Positions 48,816-57,708 of a DNA stretch of 64,000 nt are shown one piece after another. A program made the translations under genes and the position numbers. The stretch lies in IMG/VR virus record IMGVR_UViG_3300046315_000035, one strand, 5' to 3'. The stretch's first letter is position 1, and every line of letters begins with the position of its first letter. This DNA is from a virus (lineage: Duplodnaviria > Heunggongvirae > Uroviricota > Caudoviricetes). Under the pieces are notes generated by a model. It had not been told where the DNA came from. It ran no database searches and saw only the letters and a program-made list of their open reading frames with translations.

Positions 48816-49196
48816 TCATTCAAAATCATGTGTTGCGTTCTCTGGTCTAACTGCAGTGAATCGGTTCTTGATCATGTGCCAAGCTTCATAGTTGATTTGC
48901 ATTGTAGCAGACAAATCACGAAAAGCTAAATTTTTAATTTTAATTACATCATATTTTTGACCAACAGTGTTGAGTTGCCAATGTGTACTATTCTCTGCAC
49001 AATCCAATGCTTCCTCGTGTGAATACTCAGGTACTCTTTGCATTTTACACAAAGAAAACTTTGTCTGTTTAATGTAGTAATGATAGTAATTCTTTTTAGT
49101 TTGCTCTTTAGCTTTCTCCAAAGATAGCAAATATTCGTCACAAAGCTCAAACACAACTTGTGCAGGAACTTCGGTTTTAACTTCTGCTTTACTCAT
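48816..49196 (-). CDS. hypothetical protein
   Basis: 126 aa. Confidence 0.4.
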   Translation of the reverse strand: MSKAEVKTEVPAQVVFELCDEYLLSLEKAKEQTKKNYYHYYIKQTKFSLCKMQRVPEYSHEEALDCAENSTHWQLNTVGQKYDVIKIKNLAFRDLSATMQINYEAWHMIKNRFTAVRPENATHDFE

Positions 49197-49441
49197 GATC
49201 CCATCCCTTCAGATGCAATTGGTTTATAAATTGTGTTCATAGTCTCAAGTGTACCATCAAAATACTGCTGTAGAATCCTTGATGTACGAACATTGTAACA
49301 AGTACCTAATCGTGGATGATCTATTACAATAGGTAAACTTGCTACAGGTACTGCAGGGTTGCCATCCCAATGCCAAACCTTTGCTACACCTGCGTAGTAC
49401 ACTACAGGTTTATCTTGTGATGTTGTATTCATTTCATTCAT
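49193..49441 (-). CDS. hypothetical early protein
   Basis: First gene of the leftward operon. Confidence 0.4.
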   Translation of the reverse strand: MNEMNTTSQDKPVVYYAGVAKVWHWDGNPAVPVASLPIVIDHPRLGTCYNVRTSRILQQYFDGTLETMNTIYKPIASEGMGS

Positions 49442-49582
49442 AATTTACTCCTTTACCTTATGTTTAAACTTATACTTAACTACAGTTATAACTTAAGTTA
49501 TACTTAAATTGAAACTGAGTTTTTGAAACTTGAGCTTGTCAACTCTCGCTTGTCCCTCTGCTGCCCCTGACCCCTGAACCGA

Positions 49583-49611
49583 ATTCTACACACATCGACA
49601 ACTCTTGTCAA
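49583..49611 (-). promoter_or_regulatory. leftward promoter TTGACA-17-TAGAAT
   Basis: On the minus strand the sequence reads TTGACAAGAGTTGTCGATGTGTGTAGAAT. Confidence 0.5.
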
Positions 49612-49643
49612 TACCCTAGCTGCAAAATATTTTAAATTATTTG

Positions 49644-49672
49644 TTGCATTGTGATAAAAGTTCTGCTACAGT
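49644..49672 (+). promoter_or_regulatory. rightward promoter candidate TTGCAT-17-TGcTACAGT
   Basis: Upstream of gene 49706; weaker match to consensus. Confidence 0.3.
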
Positions 49673-49705
49673 AGAGCCTTCAATCAACAACCGAAAGGAA
49701 ACAAC

Positions 49706-50131
49706 ATGCTACTCAAGAACGAATTCTACCACATGATCAACCATCTAGGTCTAGAAGATGGTGAACTAGCGTTAGCTGAAATCGTGTGGGAGAAAGCTGA
49801 ACGTGCTATGCAAGGTAAACCTGTACAAGAAGCTAAGTTGCTTAAGAGTACAGTGTTTGAGCGCAACAGTGATCCTTATGCTTTGACACAAGCTGAACTG
49901 CAGTCTCTTACTGTAGGTCTAGCGCAGGTACTTACACACGAGCAAGAGGTGCTGCAAAAACTGAAAGAGCGAATTGATCATTGCTGGCGTAAGAGCGAAC
50001 CCAATAACGCAGATACAGAAGTTTGGTTCAATCAAATGAATGAGCATCGTAACTTTCAGCGCAAGATCAAGAAAGATCATGCTGTACTATCTCGTATTCA
50101 ATACAAACTTAAACGCCAACAAGGTAAATAA
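49706..50131 (+). CDS. hypothetical early protein
   Basis: RBS GAAAGGAAA. Confidence 0.4.
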   Translation: MLLKNEFYHMINHLGLEDGELALAEIVWEKAERAMQGKPVQEAKLLKSTVFERNSDPYALTQAELQSLTVGLAQVLTHEQEVLQKLKERIDHCWRKSEPNNADTEVWFNQMNEHRNFQRKIKKDHAVLSRIQYKLKRQQGK

Positions 50132-50132
50132 A

Positions 50133-50480
50133 TTGACACGCAAACGCTATGAAATCATTGCTACAGCCTTCGATAAGAAAGGTCGTGTACTAGGTACTGG
50201 AGTTAACGACTACAACCGCAGTCACCCACTCATGAAGCACTTTGCTGTACAAGCTGGAGAGTCAGAGCAAAAAGATAAGGTCCATGCAGAATTATCTGCG
50301 GTACTTGCATCAGGTCGTAAAAATATTCATAGCGTTTTTGTTCAGCGGTTCCATAACAATGGTACAATGGCTACTGCTAAACCGTGTCCAACTTGCCAAG
50401 CTATGCTCAAAGGCTTTGGTGTTAAAGTTGTTCGTTATACAACTGAAGAAGGAATCAAGGAGTATGAAATAAATGGCTGA
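50133..50480 (+). CDS. cytidine/dCMP deaminase-fold protein (short paralogue)
   Basis: VHAELSAVL plus KPCPTCQAML give the HAE...PCxxC zinc-binding signature. Start taken as TTG 50133 with an AAGG RBS 8 nt upstream. Confidence 0.45.
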   Translation: MTRKRYEIIATAFDKKGRVLGTGVNDYNRSHPLMKHFAVQAGESEQKDKVHAELSAVLASGRKNIHSVFVQRFHNNGTMATAKPCPTCQAMLKGFGVKVVRYTTEEGIKEYEING

Positions 50481-50913
50481 TCAAAAATCTCTAGATGCAA
50501 CCTACATGGGAACTGCTATATTGCACAGTAAGCTCTCCAAGGCTCGTAGAGCGCAAGTAGGAGCGATTCTAGTGACTAGGCAAGGTGTTACCCTTACTGG
50601 CTACAATGGGACTGCTGTAGGTCGCCCTAACGAATGCGAAGAAGAAATTTGGAACGGGCATGATCAGGGTACATGCTTAGTTACTAAACCAGAAGTCATC
50701 CATGCAGAACTTAACTGCATCATGAAAGCTGCTCGTGAAGGCGTAAGCTGTGTAGATGCTACAGTTTATGTTACACTAGCACCTTGTGTACAGTGCGCTG
50801 CTATGATGCTTCAAGCTGGAGTTAAGCGTGTGGTGTATTTGCAACAGTACAGAGATGATTCTGGTGTTAAACTACTGCAGGAATCAAATGTAATGGTAGA
50901 AGCTTATGCTTAG
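50473..50913 (+). CDS. dCMP deaminase
   Basis: GAILVTRQGVTLTGYNGTA, HAELNCIMKAA and TLAPCVQCAAMM match the dCMP deaminase pattern. Confidence 0.65.
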   Translation: MADQKSLDATYMGTAILHSKLSKARRAQVGAILVTRQGVTLTGYNGTAVGRPNECEEEIWNGHDQGTCLVTKPEVIHAELNCIMKAAREGVSCVDATVYVTLAPCVQCAAMMLQAGVKRVVYLQQYRDDSGVKLLQESNVMVEAYA

Positions 50914-51118
50914 ATGGTCCGGTACTGCGTTTTATATGATCAGCATGATCTTAACAACGTTGAATGTGTTTCCATTAAATTTACTATTCGGTTTCATCGG
51001 TGGATTTTTATGGTGTCTAGCTGGTTGGTTTAGCTATAAAGATAAAGCCTTGATTCTAGTCGAGGGTGCTTCTGCAGCTATTTACTTATTCGGTTTAATT
51101 AATTGGAGTTTAAAATGA
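50906..51118 (+). CDS. small membrane protein
   Basis: Two hydrophobic segments. Confidence 0.3.
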   Translation: MLRWSGTAFYMISMILTTLNVFPLNLLFGFIGGFLWCLAGWFSYKDKALILVEGASAAIYLFGLINWSLK

Positions 51119-51624
51119 ACGATCAAATTAAAGCTGGCGCTGATATCCATGCTGGTGACGGTGGTTACAGCGAAGGTACATTAGAAGGTTATGAACAATT
51201 TTCTAAAGCTCGAAATGCATCCAGAGGTAAACCTACTTTGTATTTAGTTAGAGGCTGTCCCGGTTCGGGTAAATCAACCTTTGCACAATGCCTACTGGAT
51301 GAATTTGTAGTACAACGCATCTATGAAGCTGATCAATACTTTGTACAAAATGGTGAATACCAATTTGATCCTACGCACCTTGAACAAGCGCACAATGACT
51401 GCAAGCGCAAAACTTGGCTTGCTCTCTACGAAGGCATGTCAGTAGCTGTATCAAATACATCTTGCGCTGAGTGGGAAGTCGAAACTTATGCTACAATTGC
51501 ACGAGAGACTGAAGCTAACTTTGTGAGTATCATTGTTGAGAATCGGCACGAAGGTAAGAACATTCACGGTTGCCCTGATGCTAAAGTCGAACAAATGAAA
51601 AGGAAATTTGATGTGCGACTATAA
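51115..51624 (+). CDS. polynucleotide 5'-kinase-like P-loop kinase (T4 Pnk kinase-domain type)
   Basis: Walker A LVRGCPGSGKSTFAQ closely matches the T4 Pnk kinase-domain P-loop GCPGSGKST. Confidence 0.55.
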   Translation: MNDQIKAGADIHAGDGGYSEGTLEGYEQFSKARNASRGKPTLYLVRGCPGSGKSTFAQCLLDEFVVQRIYEADQYFVQNGEYQFDPTHLEQAHNDCKRKTWLALYEGMSVAVSNTSCAEWEVETYATIARETEANFVSIIVENRHEGKNIHGCPDAKVEQMKRKFDVRL

Positions 51625-51636
51625 AGGAGTTATGAA

Positions 51637-52530
51637 ATGTTAAGTTATGATGAACAAATCAATCTAGTTAATCGTGCATTGGTTACTATGAAAACCGATG
51701 GCGAATACACTACGTTTAAATACGCTCGTAAAGCAATGTATGAATATCTTTGGGAAAAAGTACCTGCTTTGTGTGAATCTCGTGGACATGTATATTCTAA
51801 TATTACAAAAGAATTAGTACAAGCTGCTCCACGTAAGAGCTTCAATTATCTTGAACATTGTTATTGGAAAGATGTTCTTTTAGATACTCCAGTTGAAATG
51901 TACAAGAAAATCAATGGTTATATGGCCTGTGCTACATTACACAATGACAAACTTGTAGTTAGCACTACAGGTACTACAACAAGTGATTACGCTATGTGGG
52001 CTAAAGAGCTAATCCAACGTGATTACAAGTTGTTGGACGAAATGATTGATGACAAAGCTACGGTTCTTTTTGAAGTTGTAGTACCACAAGACCCTCATAT
52101 TGTACAAGAGCGCAAAGGTTTACATCTGCTTGGTATACGTGAGAAAGATACAGGAGATTTTTACCCTCTGAGTACACCTATAAGATGCACTTTAGAGCAA
52201 GCATTGGAAATTGCAAAGCATGATCATGGTGAAGGTTTTATGCTGTATCCTTTTCTAAATAAAGGTGAAAATATTGGTTACTATGATTACAACAATTGCT
52301 GTAAACTAAAGACTCCATACTACATCGGTAAGAAAAAGTTGATGCGTATGACAGCAAAGAATGTTGAAATCATGTATACTCAGACAGCTAGTGCATTTAA
52401 TTCTTTTCATTTACCAGAGATGTGGCATAATGCATCTAATTATATTGTGCAAAGCGTTCATAAAGATACATGGTTATCTATGAATGATCAACAACGCAGG
52501 GTAGTTCTTGAAGATTTTATGGGAGTTTAA
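51637..52530 (+). CDS. hypothetical protein, possible RNA ligase (KxNG motif)
   Basis: YKKINGYMA is a candidate nucleotidyltransferase motif I. The gene sits between the kinase and phosphoesterase genes. Confidence 0.3.
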   Translation: MLSYDEQINLVNRALVTMKTDGEYTTFKYARKAMYEYLWEKVPALCESRGHVYSNITKELVQAAPRKSFNYLEHCYWKDVLLDTPVEMYKKINGYMACATLHNDKLVVSTTGTTTSDYAMWAKELIQRDYKLLDEMIDDKATVLFEVVVPQDPHIVQERKGLHLLGIREKDTGDFYPLSTPIRCTLEQALEIAKHDHGEGFMLYPFLNKGENIGYYDYNNCCKLKTPYYIGKKKLMRMTAKNVEIMYTQTASAFNSFHLPEMWHNASNYIVQSVHKDTWLSMNDQQRRVVLEDFMGV

Positions 52531-53103
52531 ATGAAAATATTTACAAGTGATTTGCACTTTGGTCACAAACGAATTGTAGAATTTACAAATCGTGCTGTTG
52601 ATTGCGGTTCACAAGATAATCACACACGATGGTTAATCGACCTTTGGAACATTGAAGTATCTGCGGGTGATATTGTTTATCATCTAGGAGATTTCTCATT
52701 CTTTAAAAATTATAATGAAGTAGCTGATGTTGTATTACAACTCAAGGGTTCTAAGATTTTCATCAAGGGCAATCATGACAAGCGAGAGCATCTAGATCAA
52801 CTTGTAAAAGACCAACTGATCGCAGCATGGTATGATTACAAAGAGATTAAACTAGGTGATACACCTGTAGTATTATTTCACTTTCCTATTGCATCGTGGC
52901 ATCGGCAAGGTTATGGTGCATATCACTTACATGGTCATTGTCATGGAAACTTTAAAGATTACCGAGGTAAAATGCTTGACGTAGGTATTGATTCGGTATA
53001 TAATCTGTATGGTAAGCATGGATTTCTTGATGAACATCAGATCATTGAGTTCATGAAAGAAAAAGAACTGTACATTGCAGATCATCACAAAGAAAGGCTA
53101 TAA
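52531..53103 (+). CDS. metallophosphoesterase (calcineurin-like phosphatase)
   Basis: SDLHFGH, HLGDFSF and KGNHDK match the calcineurin-like phosphoesterase motifs. Confidence 0.65.
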   Translation: MKIFTSDLHFGHKRIVEFTNRAVDCGSQDNHTRWLIDLWNIEVSAGDIVYHLGDFSFFKNYNEVADVVLQLKGSKIFIKGNHDKREHLDQLVKDQLIAAWYDYKEIKLGDTPVVLFHFPIASWHRQGYGAYHLHGHCHGNFKDYRGKMLDVGIDSVYNLYGKHGFLDEHQIIEFMKEKELYIADHHKERL

Positions 53104-53772
53104 ATGCAAAAGATTGAAGATTACACCACAGCAAAGCTAATTGCTTACTCACAAGCCACCGAAGAGTTTAAAGGGCAGTTCAAGACGATTAAAGACCTTG
53201 TAGCGTACTGCGCTAGGGTAAGCAATCCAAGCAACCAACTCAACATGGAAACCTCTGATAAGCTTATTGGTTATCTATTGAAACACAAGCACTTTAGTCC
53301 GTTTGAAATGGCAAGCATTACTATTGAAGTTGAAACAACTCGTGATATTGCTCGTCAACTACTACGTCATCGCAGCTTTACATTTCAGGAGTTTAGCCAA
53401 CGCTATGCAGACCCTACAAAAGACTTGACGTTTGTAACTCGTGAAGCACGACTACAAGACCCCAAGAATCGTCAGAACTCTGTTATTACTGATAATTTAG
53501 CATTGCAGTCAATGTGGGAGAACTACCAAAATAAAGTTATTCAGACTGCACAAGATGCATATGCTTTTGCTATTACCAATGGTATCGCCAAAGAGCAAGC
53601 TCGTGCTGTACTGCCAGAAGGTTGTACAATGTCTCGTTTATATGTACAAGGAACTGTGCGTAGTTTCATTCATTATATTGAAGTGCGTAAAACTAATGGT
53701 ACACAATTAGAGCACGTTGTACTAGCACAAAAAGCTGCAGAAGCTATCTCAAAGGTTTTCAATGTTGAATGA
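53104..53772 (+). CDS. thyX: flavin-dependent thymidylate synthase
   Basis: ThyX signature RHRSFTFQEFSQRY (RHRxxxxxxxSxR). Confidence 0.8.
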   Translation: MQKIEDYTTAKLIAYSQATEEFKGQFKTIKDLVAYCARVSNPSNQLNMETSDKLIGYLLKHKHFSPFEMASITIEVETTRDIARQLLRHRSFTFQEFSQRYADPTKDLTFVTREARLQDPKNRQNSVITDNLALQSMWENYQNKVIQTAQDAYAFAITNGIAKEQARAVLPEGCTMSRLYVQGTVRSFIHYIEVRKTNGTQLEHVVLAQKAAEAISKVFNVE

Positions 53773-53986
53773 ACACGACATAAACGATTGGGAAATGATC
53801 ACTACACCTTTGAAGTTAGAACAACTAAAAGAAGGTGAAATGTTTAGTTTCTTAGGTGATAATAAGATGTACAAACTTTATTGCGTCCTTACTGATATTG
53901 CACTCGCCGGAACAGAAGAAATTTGGGATAGTTTGGTGTTTCCTAGAACTATGAATGTATTTAAATGGGTTAAAAATAATGCTTGA
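53762..53986 (+). CDS. hypothetical protein
   Basis: 74 aa. Confidence 0.35.
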   Translation: MLNEHDINDWEMITTPLKLEQLKEGEMFSFLGDNKMYKLYCVLTDIALAGTEEIWDSLVFPRTMNVFKWVKNNA

Positions 53987-54002
53987 TTTTATTCTAAATA
54001 TC

Positions 54003-54077
54003 TGCTATAATTATAAAGCAATAGTTGAAAATTAATTACTTTCAACGATAAGAGCAGCTTCCCGTGGCTGCTTTTTG
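54003..54077 (+). promoter_or_regulatory. repeated cassette: extended -10 TGCTATAAT + hairpin/U-tract, copy A (upstream of HNH gene)
   Basis: TGCTATAATTATAAAGCAATAGTT at 54003 and hairpin agcagc / gctgct + ttttt at 54053-54077. Near-identical to copy B at 63068-63143. Confidence 0.5.
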
Positions 54078-54113
54078 CTTTATATTTTACGGGTGTTTGA
54101 CGGGAAATTATTT

Positions 54114-54689
54114 ATGTATAAAAAATGCAGTACATGTAAAGATGAAAAACTAATATGTGAGTTTGGTAAGAATAAATCAACCAAGGATGGTTATCATAAT
54201 CAATGTAAGATGTGTAGAAAAGATTACACTTCTAAAAACATAGAGAATATATTAAAGAAAAGTAAAGAACACTATCATCTTAATAGAGAAAAATGTTTAA
54301 ATAAATCTAACAGTTATAATAAACTTAATAAAGTAAATACCGCCAAAAGAACTAAAAAGTATAGAGAAAATAACAAAAATAAGTTAAATCTTCTACGCAG
54401 AGAATATACCATAACTAACAGAAGTAAACTTTATGCCTTGAATGCCAAGAGAAGAGCTTCTAAACTGAAGGCAACACCAAAATGGTTAACAATTGAAGAG
54501 TTGCGACAAATTGAAGAACTCTATGAAATATCACAAGCTTTCAAACTTTACACTGGTCAAGATTACCATGTAGATCACATTATACCGTTGCAAGGTGAAA
54601 ATGTGTGTGGTTTACATGTCCCGTGGAATCTACAAGTTCTTGAAGCTTCGGAAAACTTGAGTAAATCTAACAAACTTTTAGAACAATAA
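54114..54689 (+). CDS. HNH homing endonuclease with N-terminal zinc module (paralogue of 10876-11400)
   Basis: HVDHIIPLQGENVCGLHVPWNLQVLEASENLSKSNK. N-terminus YKKCSTCK..CKMCRK. Start taken at ATG 54114. Confidence 0.7.
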   Translation: MYKKCSTCKDEKLICEFGKNKSTKDGYHNQCKMCRKDYTSKNIENILKKSKEHYHLNREKCLNKSNSYNKLNKVNTAKRTKKYRENNKNKLNLLRREYTITNRSKLYALNAKRRASKLKATPKWLTIEELRQIEELYEISQAFKLYTGQDYHVDHIIPLQGENVCGLHVPWNLQVLEASENLSKSNKLLEQ

Positions 54690-54696
54690 GCACAAA

Positions 54697-54727
54697 CCCT
54701 AAGTTAATCTTAGGGTGTTTTTTTTTT
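54697..54727 (+). terminator. rho-independent terminator
   Basis: Stem ccctaag / cttaggg with loop ttaat, followed by T10. Confidence 0.65.
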
Positions 54728-54756
54728 GCTAACTTGTATTGCAATAAGAATGTTTG

Positions 54757-54765
54757 TGGTATAAT
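54757..54765 (+). promoter_or_regulatory. extended -10 element TGGTATAAT
   Basis: Upstream of the HU-like gene. Confidence 0.4.
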
Positions 54766-54795
54766 TATAAACTTAACTTAAACAGAAAGGAATTT

Positions 54796-55125
54796 ATGGG
54801 TGATAAACAAAAACGTAAATCAAAAAGCTACAGACAACTGATTCAAATGGTAGCTAAGTCTTCAGGATATCATTTATATGAAGTAGAAGATATACTGCAG
54901 CATTTAGTAGGTAATATTCAAGTAGTACTTGCTGCTGATATGCCTGTAAAGATCAGTGGTCTTGGTACAATGCGTGTAAAAAAGATGAAAATTAAAGGCA
55001 TTCCCGGTAAACATGCAGAGAATACGTGCTACACTGCGTTCAGGTTATCAGTTACTTCTGATACCGGATTGCAAAATCACCTAAAGGAACATCATGTCGA
55101 ATCAACAGACCCCTTCAACTACTAA
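54796..55125 (+). CDS. HU/IHF-like histone-like DNA-binding protein
   Basis: Helix-helix region followed by VKISGLGTMRV (the GFGTF arm motif) and a basic beta-arm KGIPGKHAENT..AFR. ATG 54796 has an AAAGGAA RBS. Confidence 0.5.
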   Translation: MGDKQKRKSKSYRQLIQMVAKSSGYHLYEVEDILQHLVGNIQVVLAADMPVKISGLGTMRVKKMKIKGIPGKHAENTCYTAFRLSVTSDTGLQNHLKEHHVESTDPFNY

Positions 55126-55246
55126 TTGGCCTTTTGCGTTTGTCAATGGTGAGCGTACTAAAGAAAGTCAAGAGTTACTTGATAGTAAGCACTACAAGAC
55201 TAAGGAAGTATTCGACACCAACGATTATGAGGAATCACCATTTTGA
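55094..55246 (+). CDS. small hypothetical protein (50 aa)
   Basis: Found by hand. AAAGGAA RBS, and its stop overlaps the TTG start of the next gene. It overlaps the HU-like gene by 32 nt. Confidence 0.25.
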   Translation: MSNQQTPSTTNWPFAFVNGERTKESQELLDSKHYKTKEVFDTNDYEESPF

Positions 55247-55692
55247 ACGAAGCAATTAAAAACTTCAGACTAATCAGTATTGACAAAATCTTAAGTGACA
55301 AAAAGCTACCTAATTGGGTGCTGAAAGCTGCTTTTGAAGTTAAACATTCTGGTTTTCTACCAGCAGGTGAATACTTTGAAAAGCTAGATGATGTTGAAAT
55401 TTATGAAATGTCAAGTGCATTGGAATACATTCACACTGCTAACTTTCAGCAATTCAATATTTTGTCAGAGCAAGCTGAACAAGATTTAAGTAGTCTAAGT
55501 TTGCTTTGCTTTATCTTGGCATTAGGTGAAGGTGAACTGGAAGTTAATCCTGACAGTCTATCTTCTATGCTACAATATCTGTTCTTAATTGTTAACATTG
55601 AAAGTATGCACCGAGAAGGTAAACTAGAAGTCATTCGTGAGCACTATTCGTTATTCGGTGGTGACAAACCCGTAGTTAGAGCAAAGGATTAA
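55243..55692 (+). CDS. hypothetical protein (TTG start)
   Basis: GAGGAA RBS 8 nt upstream of the TTG. Confidence 0.4.
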   Translation: MNEAIKNFRLISIDKILSDKKLPNWVLKAAFEVKHSGFLPAGEYFEKLDDVEIYEMSSALEYIHTANFQQFNILSEQAEQDLSSLSLLCFILALGEGELEVNPDSLSSMLQYLFLIVNIESMHREGKLEVIREHYSLFGGDKPVVRAKD

Positions 55693-55694
55693 AC

Positions 55695-56171
55695 ATGCAA
55701 GTTAAATTAGGTAGGTTTCCAAAGGGTGACGGTGATCGTAAAATCAGTGTAAAGATCGACAAGTGGGATAGCTGGAACGCTGATCATAGTCTTGCGCTGA
55801 TCGCTGTACCCTTGCTAATTCAACTCAAAGAGACAAAGCAAGGTTCACCCAATGTAGATGATACAGATGTACCTGAGCATTTGAGAAGTACTGCAGCACC
55901 TGCTAAAGAAAACGAATGGGATACAGACGATAATTGGCATCTGCGATGGGATTACGTCATGACCGAAATGATTTATACAATGCAAGAAATTGCTAATCAT
56001 AATCAAGGTGAAGAAATCTTTTGGGATAATTCAGAAGTTGATGAAACAAAAGGTGTTATGGAGCAAGTACACGCAATGAAACTTGACCGTGAAGGACTTG
56101 ATGTTTATCAAAAGAGAATTCAAAAAGGTTGTGAACTGTTTGGTAAATATTTTCAATCATTGTGGGATTAA
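55695..56171 (+). CDS. hypothetical protein
   Basis: 158 aa, acidic. Confidence 0.4.
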   Translation: MQVKLGRFPKGDGDRKISVKIDKWDSWNADHSLALIAVPLLIQLKETKQGSPNVDDTDVPEHLRSTAAPAKENEWDTDDNWHLRWDYVMTEMIYTMQEIANHNQGEEIFWDNSEVDETKGVMEQVHAMKLDREGLDVYQKRIQKGCELFGKYFQSLWD

Positions 56172-56308
56172 CTGATGAATGAGTCAAAATTTGATGTACA
56201 ATCAAGGTTCTCTGAGGGTGATCTAGAGTATGTGACAGAAGAAGACAGCTATCAGGTTTTGCAATCCTTTGATAGCTGGCATGAATATAACCATGAAAGG
56301 AATGAAGA

Positions 56309-56509
56309 ATGATAGAACAAGAATTTCGCCAACAACTAGATGAATTGGTAACTACAGGTATTCGTGAATTGGGTGCTGGTACAGTGTACGGGCATTTGTC
56401 TACAGTAAAGCAGTTTACAGAAGTGGTGTATGATAGTAATATTGTGAATTATCTACAAAGTTTGCAGAATCAACCAAAAGAAGGAACAGAAAAAAGTGAC
56501 ACTAAATGA
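56309..56509 (+). CDS. hypothetical small protein
   Basis: 66 aa. Further tiny ORFs lie at 56175-56312, 56496-56666 and 56663-56794. Confidence 0.35.
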   Translation: MIEQEFRQQLDELVTTGIRELGAGTVYGHLSTVKQFTEVVYDSNIVNYLQSLQNQPKEGTEKSDTK

Positions 56510-56805
56510 TTTTCACGAAGGTATTCAGCGTTTATTTTTTGAAGCAAATCAGTCAAATTTAGATATTGGTGATATCTACCAGATACTAAATGGTCAGAGC
56601 ATTATTGCTGAAACAATCTTAAAATTATCAATTGAAAATGCTTATAAAGAAAGGTTTGATTTATGAAATATGTAGTAAAATGGAATAACGGTTACTGGAA
56701 AGTGTTTAACACACAAGAGTACCGTGATGAATCATTACATGGTCTAAAGACTGATGCAGACAAAGCTTGTTTGCGAATGAATCAGCAGCGATAATTAAGC
56801 TTATA

Positions 56806-56834
56806 CCCGAGTAATTCTCGGGGTTTCTTTTGTT
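56806..56834 (+). terminator. rho-independent terminator
   Basis: Stem cccgag / ctcggg with loop taatt, followed by tttcttttgtt. Confidence 0.55.
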
Positions 56835-56853
56835 TACATCTAGGAGAATTAAA

Positions 56854-57018
56854 ATGCACAGTGATAAAGAAGTTCTAATTATTCGCAATACTACAGTCAA
56901 TCGTTTGTACGATGTAGTCATGGTAAATTATTTTGAAGAGACTGTAGAATTCATCGTAAAAGGTGTACAATACGATCATGCTGTAGCAATGATGCTAGAG
57001 CTAGAAGAAACTAACTAA
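56854..57018 (+). CDS. hypothetical small protein
   Basis: ATG 56854 after AGGAGAA. Confidence 0.4.
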   Translation: MHSDKEVLIIRNTTVNRLYDVVMVNYFEETVEFIVKGVQYDHAVAMMLELEETN

Positions 57019-57210
57019 ACTTACTCAAGGAAAGATCATGGCACAAGGTTCATATTTGCGAGATCACGACCTCTTCGAGATCGTTCTGCAGAACAACAAA
57101 CGTAATAAGCGCAAGTTTGATGATGGAGGTTATGAAGAGAATGTTAAGCCTACCAAAAAACCTAAGAAGGATTTTAGTAAGCAGCGTGAGCAAAAGCGTG
57201 GAGAGTTGCT

Positions 57211-57420
57211 ATGAACGAAGTACTTACACAAATTGCAAAGAAAGCTATGGTTGAGCATTGTATCGGTCATGTGCGTTTGCAGGATTTCGCTGAGTTGATT
57301 GTCAAAGAAACCATTGCTAAGATGTCTCAGCAGTTAGATGCACATGGTGACAATCAGGCAAACAATCCTACATATTACAAAGCTATTAACGATACACTCA
57401 AACATTTTGGAGTAAAATAA
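57211..57420 (+). CDS. hypothetical small protein
   Basis: 69 aa. Confidence 0.35.
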   Translation: MNEVLTQIAKKAMVEHCIGHVRLQDFAELIVKETIAKMSQQLDAHGDNQANNPTYYKAINDTLKHFGVK

Positions 57421-57708
57421 TGCTAATAGTACTATCAATTGCCCTAATAATTGTAAGTATACTATTCATAATTGTAATACTCAGTGGTATAGATGAACTG
57501 TTATTAAAAGGTCATTTTGCACGTAAACTTCGTAATTATTTGGAGATTGAATAATGAGTAATCTATGGTTTAACATTCGTTTCGGTACACGGCATTTTCA
57601 AATGAGTAATAACTGGAAATTTTCTTTTTCAGTTAACCCTTATTTTATTGAAAATCCTCCAGCTAAATTCTTTGAGGCATATTGCTTATTTGGAAAGCAG
57701 ATTGGACT

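Noticed and set aside
50040-50132. The ATG 50040 start proposed for the short deaminase paralogue.
   Set aside because: It would overlap the previous gene by 90 nt and add a low-complexity N-terminus. TTG 50133 with an AAGG RBS is the more plausible start.
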